Assembly: GCA_023213395.1 (NCBI GenBank)
Contig: CM041465.1
Span: 219,549,741-219,613,740, forward strand
Source: Cycas panzhihuaensis
Taxonomy: Eukaryota; Plantae; Cycadophyta
DNA: 64,000 nt
Direction: 5' to 3'
Within the stretch, counting starts at the first letter, position 1, and the number at the start of each line of letters is the position of its first letter. The notes beneath the pieces were generated by a model. The model was not told the origin of the DNA, did not search any database, and saw only the letters and a list, made by a program, of their open reading frames with translations. Positions 58,401-64,000 of the stretch are shown here, piece after piece. The position numbers and the translations under genes were made by a program.

Positions 58401-60972
58401 GAGATAAATACCTTCGTTTTCCATAAAATTAAATCTCCATGCAGATTAATCTTCGATGTCTTTTGAGTTTGAATATTCTCTAACACTTTTTGTGAGAAGG
58501 ATTGCCCTTGTATTCTGTAATCAATTTCTAAATCCAACTAGGAGTTACTACTGTTACTACCTTAAGAGATATTTCCCTATTACTCTCCTCTTGAAGCCTT
58601 GACAAAGTGTCTGTTATGACATTCGCTTTCTCTTTTTTGTATTTAATATTAAAATTGAATATTTACAACTTAATCACCCATTTTTATTATTTATCCAATA
58701 ATGTTTTTTTATTCAAGAAGTATTTTAGACTATTATAATCTATTCAAACTATGAATTTATTTCCAAGCAGATGTTACCTCCACTGCTGAATTATGTGCAA
58801 AATTGCCAACATCTCTTTATCATATATTAGTTTTAACTTTTCTCTATTGTTCAACTTCCTACTTTGTATGCTATCAGCCAACCCTCTTGTATTAGAACAA
58901 CTCCATTCTTGAATTTGGGAGCATCACATTCTAAGTTAAATGGTTGAGAAAAGTTTGGTATTGCTAGAATCGATACCATAACCATTACCCTTTTAAGGTC
59001 TTTAAAAGCTTTCTTGATTAACGAGTTCCATCTGAATGCATCCTCCTTCGTAAGGTCTATCAGTGGTACTGTGGTATAGGTGTATCCCTTAATAAACATC
59101 TGAAAGAACCCATTTAAATTCATCTTCTTCAAAAGTATATTTTCCCATATTCATATGTAATTTGTGTTTTTCCAAGATTATCAAGACCGCCATAATATGG
59201 TCTAGGTATTCTTCCCAAGTTTTATTATATATCAAGATATCATAAAAAAAAACCAATCCAAATTTTTAAATAATGGTTTAAGTATTGTGCATGGTGCTTT
59301 GAAATGTACCTTAGGTATTCATTAATCTAAATAGTATAACTTTGAACTCAAATAACCCTTGATAAGTATGAAAAGCTATTTTGCAAATGTCCTCTTCTTT
59401 GACATGAATCTGATAATACCCAGATCTGAGATCAATTTGTATAAAATATATTGCTTCATTAATTTCATTGAGCAAATCATCTATCTTAAGGATGGGATAA
59501 TGATTCTTTATGATTAATTTGTTTAGTCCATGATAGTCTACATACATCTTGTAAGATCCATCTTTTTTTGGATTTATCACTACTAGTGATGTAAATAAGC
59601 TTGTATTGTTCATTATCTTTCCCTATGTTAGGAGTTCCCTTATGATATTTTCAATCTTCTTTCTCAAGTGGTATGGTTGTTTGTATAGATGTATGTTTAT
59701 CTGTGCTACACCTAGTACCAATTCAATAGTGTGTTGATGTTTGCATTGGAGAGGGAGCCCTTGAGGTTCCTTAAATACCAAACTATGCTCATTTATGATT
59801 TCTTGTACTTTGAGTGGCACCTCTTCTATTACTATTTTATAGTATGCTAATATGTATATTAAGGGATTCTTCTTCAGTATTTTCTCCATTTGGTATAAGG
59901 ATACCAATTGTACTAGTGGTGAGGCAGGTGCTTGAAGCTTATACTTTTGTCCCTTTCGGTAAAATAACATGAATTACAACATATAATTTATAACTATATT
60001 CTCTAGTGTTTGTAACCATTAAATACCTACGACTGCATCCACGCCTCTAATTAGTATCACGAACAGTCATGTTATTACTAAATAGTTCATGATTTATAAA
60101 TTTATAAACTTGCAGTATCCTCCATATGGAGTAGTTTTCCCATTTATGATAGACACCTGGAATGCATTTAATGGTTGGACTTCTAGTCCTAATTTCTTTG
60201 CTATGGCTTAGTTGATAAAATTATGGGTACTGCCACTATCTGCTAGAATTGCTATTGGATCTCCTTTAATCATCCCTTAGAACTTAATAGTTTGCGGGGT
60301 GACTTACTATCGTGTAATGGCTTGGAAAGAGATTTTTATGTTCTTGGTATCCACTTCTAAAAGTTGGTCTACTTTGAATTCTTCTTCTAAATCTTGCTCT
60401 TCTTCTAGAATTTCCCTCTCTTCATTATTAATCATAAACACCTTTCTTACTGGACACTAGTATTCTTGATTCCATTTTTTCCCACACTTGAAGCACACCC
60501 TCTTTTTTATCAATTCATCCCTTGATATTCCATTTGTATCATTCAAAGTTTTTACTGTTAATGGTAGGTCTACCTTTGTACCTAACTTTATCCAATTTGG
60601 GTTTGACCCCTACTGCTAATATATATTTGACTTATATATGTATGTCAATACTGGTTGATTCTCCTTGAATTCTACTTCAATATTTTTGGCCAATTTAATC
60701 ATATGTTGAATATTTATTGGACTCATAGATTTGATGCAAAATCTAATTGGTCCCTCTAATTCACTGATGTAAGTTTCCATAAGATATTCTACTAATATTC
60801 TTTTTGAAATAAGATATTGAAGTCCTTGAAACTACTCTGTATATTCCTATACTAATCCTATTTGTTGTAGCCATATTAATTAGATAAAAAATATGTGCTC
60901 CATGAATCTTCATACTAATTAATCAAGCCTCTTTTTAAATATTCCTAAGATCCTTGAACCCCTGCATTGATC
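55485..60972 (-). mobile_element. Ty3/gypsy chromovirus (gag-PR-RT-RH-INT-chromodomain, 3' LTR 55485-55969), degenerate, 5' end cut by insertion
   Basis: PR ILADSGSTHNFIN, RT KKDGSYKMYVDYHGLNK..IDLRSGYYQI and VFFYDILIY, RH FNLECDA, INT IVSDRDPKFTSYFW and VINKCLEGYL. Confidence 0.92.
56726..57912 (-). mobile_element. Truncated LTR element inserted in gypsy integrase: 5' LTR 57532-57912, tRNA-Met PBS 57518-57529, 5' leader, ending in an (A5-7GC)n tract
   Basis: GCTCTAATACCA adjoins TGGTAGGA...TCCCTAACA. The host integrase reads ..ARTKLYM on one side and TKVINKCLEGYL on the other. Confidence 0.78.
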
Positions 60973-61156
60973 TGTTAGAATATTAATGTACATTTGATTT
61001 ATCCCACATGCAAGTGGGTCCTACTCTTCCAATATGACTTGTATTATAAATACACAATATTGTGTATCATACGTAATGTGGTTGTAATGATATTCTCTTA
61101 TGTTCTATTTGTGAAGATTATTTATGCAAGTTGATTTCCAACATGGTATCAGAGCC
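60973..61156 (+). mobile_element. 5' LTR (60973-61143) and perfect tRNA-Met PBS (61144-61156) of an LTR element extending rightwards
   Basis: TGTTAGAA...TTCCAACA followed by TGGTATCAGAGCC. Confidence 0.85.
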
Positions 61157-61724
61157 AAGTTTAAGTGAAGTTAAGTGAAGAAGCATGGTTGAGCAAGGTG
61201 TTGGTAGGTGAAAACCTAAGATGATTTTAATGTTCGTTGAATAATAATTGAGGCTACATGTATGTCAAAAATTCCGGTTGCATACCTTCTATTGAAGTCA
61301 ATCAATTATGGAATGCTACAAAGCTATAAGTTTCTAATAGGACATTAATTCGTTAATATTTTGGAGGTATTTCTACTTACGCCCATATCTATATAATTTC
61401 TTCTGCTCCCACCTTTATTCTATTAACTTTTATTCCTTATTTTATTCGTATTTACGGTGCCCTATTTTTCTACATGTTACTATATTGATTTATTTGCAGT
61501 TTGGTTGTTGTCCGCTATATTTTTATTGAGTAGTCTATTTATTTTGATCTATTGCACATCACCATCCTCTATTCTATTTTGGTGCCCTAGTCTCTGTGTG
61601 TATTTGCATAGCCAACTATATTTCTTCCGTCACCATGATCCATGATCTGCTCGTTGTAGTAATTACCTCTGCATAGTGATGATTGGATCGCCCACCTGTT
61701 TGCAGGAATTATTATCTGTTCACC

Positions 61725-62342
<618 letters not shown>

Positions 62343-64000
62343 GGTTACACGATTCACTACATTATGAGCGGGATGATCTGCTCTCTGAAAATTTGCCTAC
62401 AAAAACTTGGGCTTCCTTTCTAATTTGCGAGGTTTATAAAGGACAACACTACTTGTAAAATCAGACACTGCTTAACTAAACTGGATTCACACTTAATGAT
62501 AATTAAAGGTTAATAGTAGAATGCACACTACACGAAATTTCCAAATTGTTTCCTTACACCACAAAAATCATCATAACCTATTTCATCCAATCTCACATTC
62601 GTAATATTGAGTCGTCAACGTTTATTTACGCAGTTGTCTATGTATATATTTGAGATTTTTTTTTTATTATTATTATTGATATTACCCATTGAGTTGTGCC
62701 ATAGTCATTATGTCATCATTATGGTTTTCTCCAGCCTGCAATATAGATTTTTCAGTCACTGATTAATATTACCCAGCCATTGATATTTGATTAAGGATGC
62801 AGCCCTAGATATTATGTTGCGTTGCCATTTCACATTATTCAATTCGCATGTTGAATAGAATTTTGATACTTTCACCCTTATATTAATATTTCACCATCAC
62901 TTTTTTATATCTTATAAAATCATTCCTTTTTAAGCCTTGTAACTTTATTTGATACATAAGGTGCCTCTTTATTATTCTATGGTCCTTTACTCCAAGTAAG
63001 TGCTTTGAATATATGGTGCTAAGAGGCATGGTATGACTACAGAAATGATGATTATTTAGTGACTTTATGGCATATATGAATTGAGGGTTCTCTTACATGC
63101 GATTGTATGATATGGGGTGATATAAGTGTTCATTTTGTACTTTTAATTGGCAGCGATGTGGTGACATAAGGCAGAGTTATGACCCTTGTATGCGTTTTGA
63201 GAAGATGAGTGAGCACATTATGATGGTGATATGATATGTTTTGATGTGGCAAAGTGATGATGGTGATGTATTAATGATTTATGATGAAGAGGGTGTAATT
63301 AAGCATATTATGGGTGATTGATGATGTGGTAAAGAGTTCTTTACATGACAAGAGGTGTGTTTGAGAGATAACGTTTGAAAGCTATTAGGATTACATCTTA
63401 AGTTTGGGCATTTGTTGAACATGTTAAGGGCAAGATTTGACATATTTTGATGGTGCATTCTTTAATCAATTTGATGGGCAAAATTGAGGGCATGACAAGG
63501 GCAAGAGAAGGGTAATAAGAGGGCATTGTGATCAAGGTAATGATTGATAAGCAAGTGAGCTATTGTTACGAGAAAGCAATCTTTGGCATTGAGTTGATGG
63601 TGGAGTCCTTACAGTTATGGCTTTATGGCAATATAAGTGAGTGATTTTTTGAAGTAAGTTCTTGGTTTGATGTGTTGACATCGTGACATGAGACAAAGTG
63701 TGAGGTTTTTCATTATTCATTGGTATGAGAATACTTTGATGATATGAGGTATTGATGAGGTGACTATTGAGGCCTTCTTGTGTGTATTTCACATGGGAGA
63801 GTACCTCGGTAATGTGAAATGACATTAACTCATATTTCACACTCTATTGACTTGAGACTTGTTATGGATATATGATGAGGTCTGTGTTTGCATGAGAGAA
63901 TTGATGACTTGGCAATTATGAACCTTGTAACATGTGAGGTCACATGACAAGGTTGGACACTTTGTTGGGTGAGTTAAGGAAGAAATTAGGCATGTGTCAT

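Noticed and set aside
62900-64000. Possible copia pol or 3' LTR of the 60973 element
   Set aside because: The TG/GAT-rich sequence has no convincing protein motif and no second copy of the 171-bp LTR inside the window.

Overview
Eukaryotic land-plant intergenic/heterochromatic DNA with no intact host gene. The retroelement types suggest a large-genome gymnosperm, but that is inference. The window is a stack of decayed, nested retroelements. From left to right: (1) a Copia 3' end inserted in a Ty3/gypsy gag-protease remnant (1-1800); (2) a 5'-truncated L1-type LINE with RNase H (2293-5250, minus); (3) a Copia element (5841-29067, minus) interrupted by a full-length ~18.9 kb Tat-type Ty3/gypsy element (6490-25437, minus; 3.1 kb LTRs, tRNA-Arg PBS, 5-bp TSD); (4) a recent ~12.4 kb head-to-tail tandem duplication (31254-43627 / 43628-~56260) of Copia and gypsy fragments; (5) a chromovirus gypsy (55485-60972, minus) with a truncated LTR element inside it; (6) a final LTR+PBS element (60973 onward) holding an intronless antisense CDC48 N-domain fragment. 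Most notable observations: the Tat element's 3' region carries an accessory cassette made of a spliced antisense Plant-Mobile-Domain gene arranged head-to-head with two tandem stand-alone archaeal-type RNase H genes; a ~400-nt non-coding, hairpin-conserving leader is shared by two otherwise dissimilar LTR elements; and a CDC48 fragment has been captured. All coding regions are pseudogenised.
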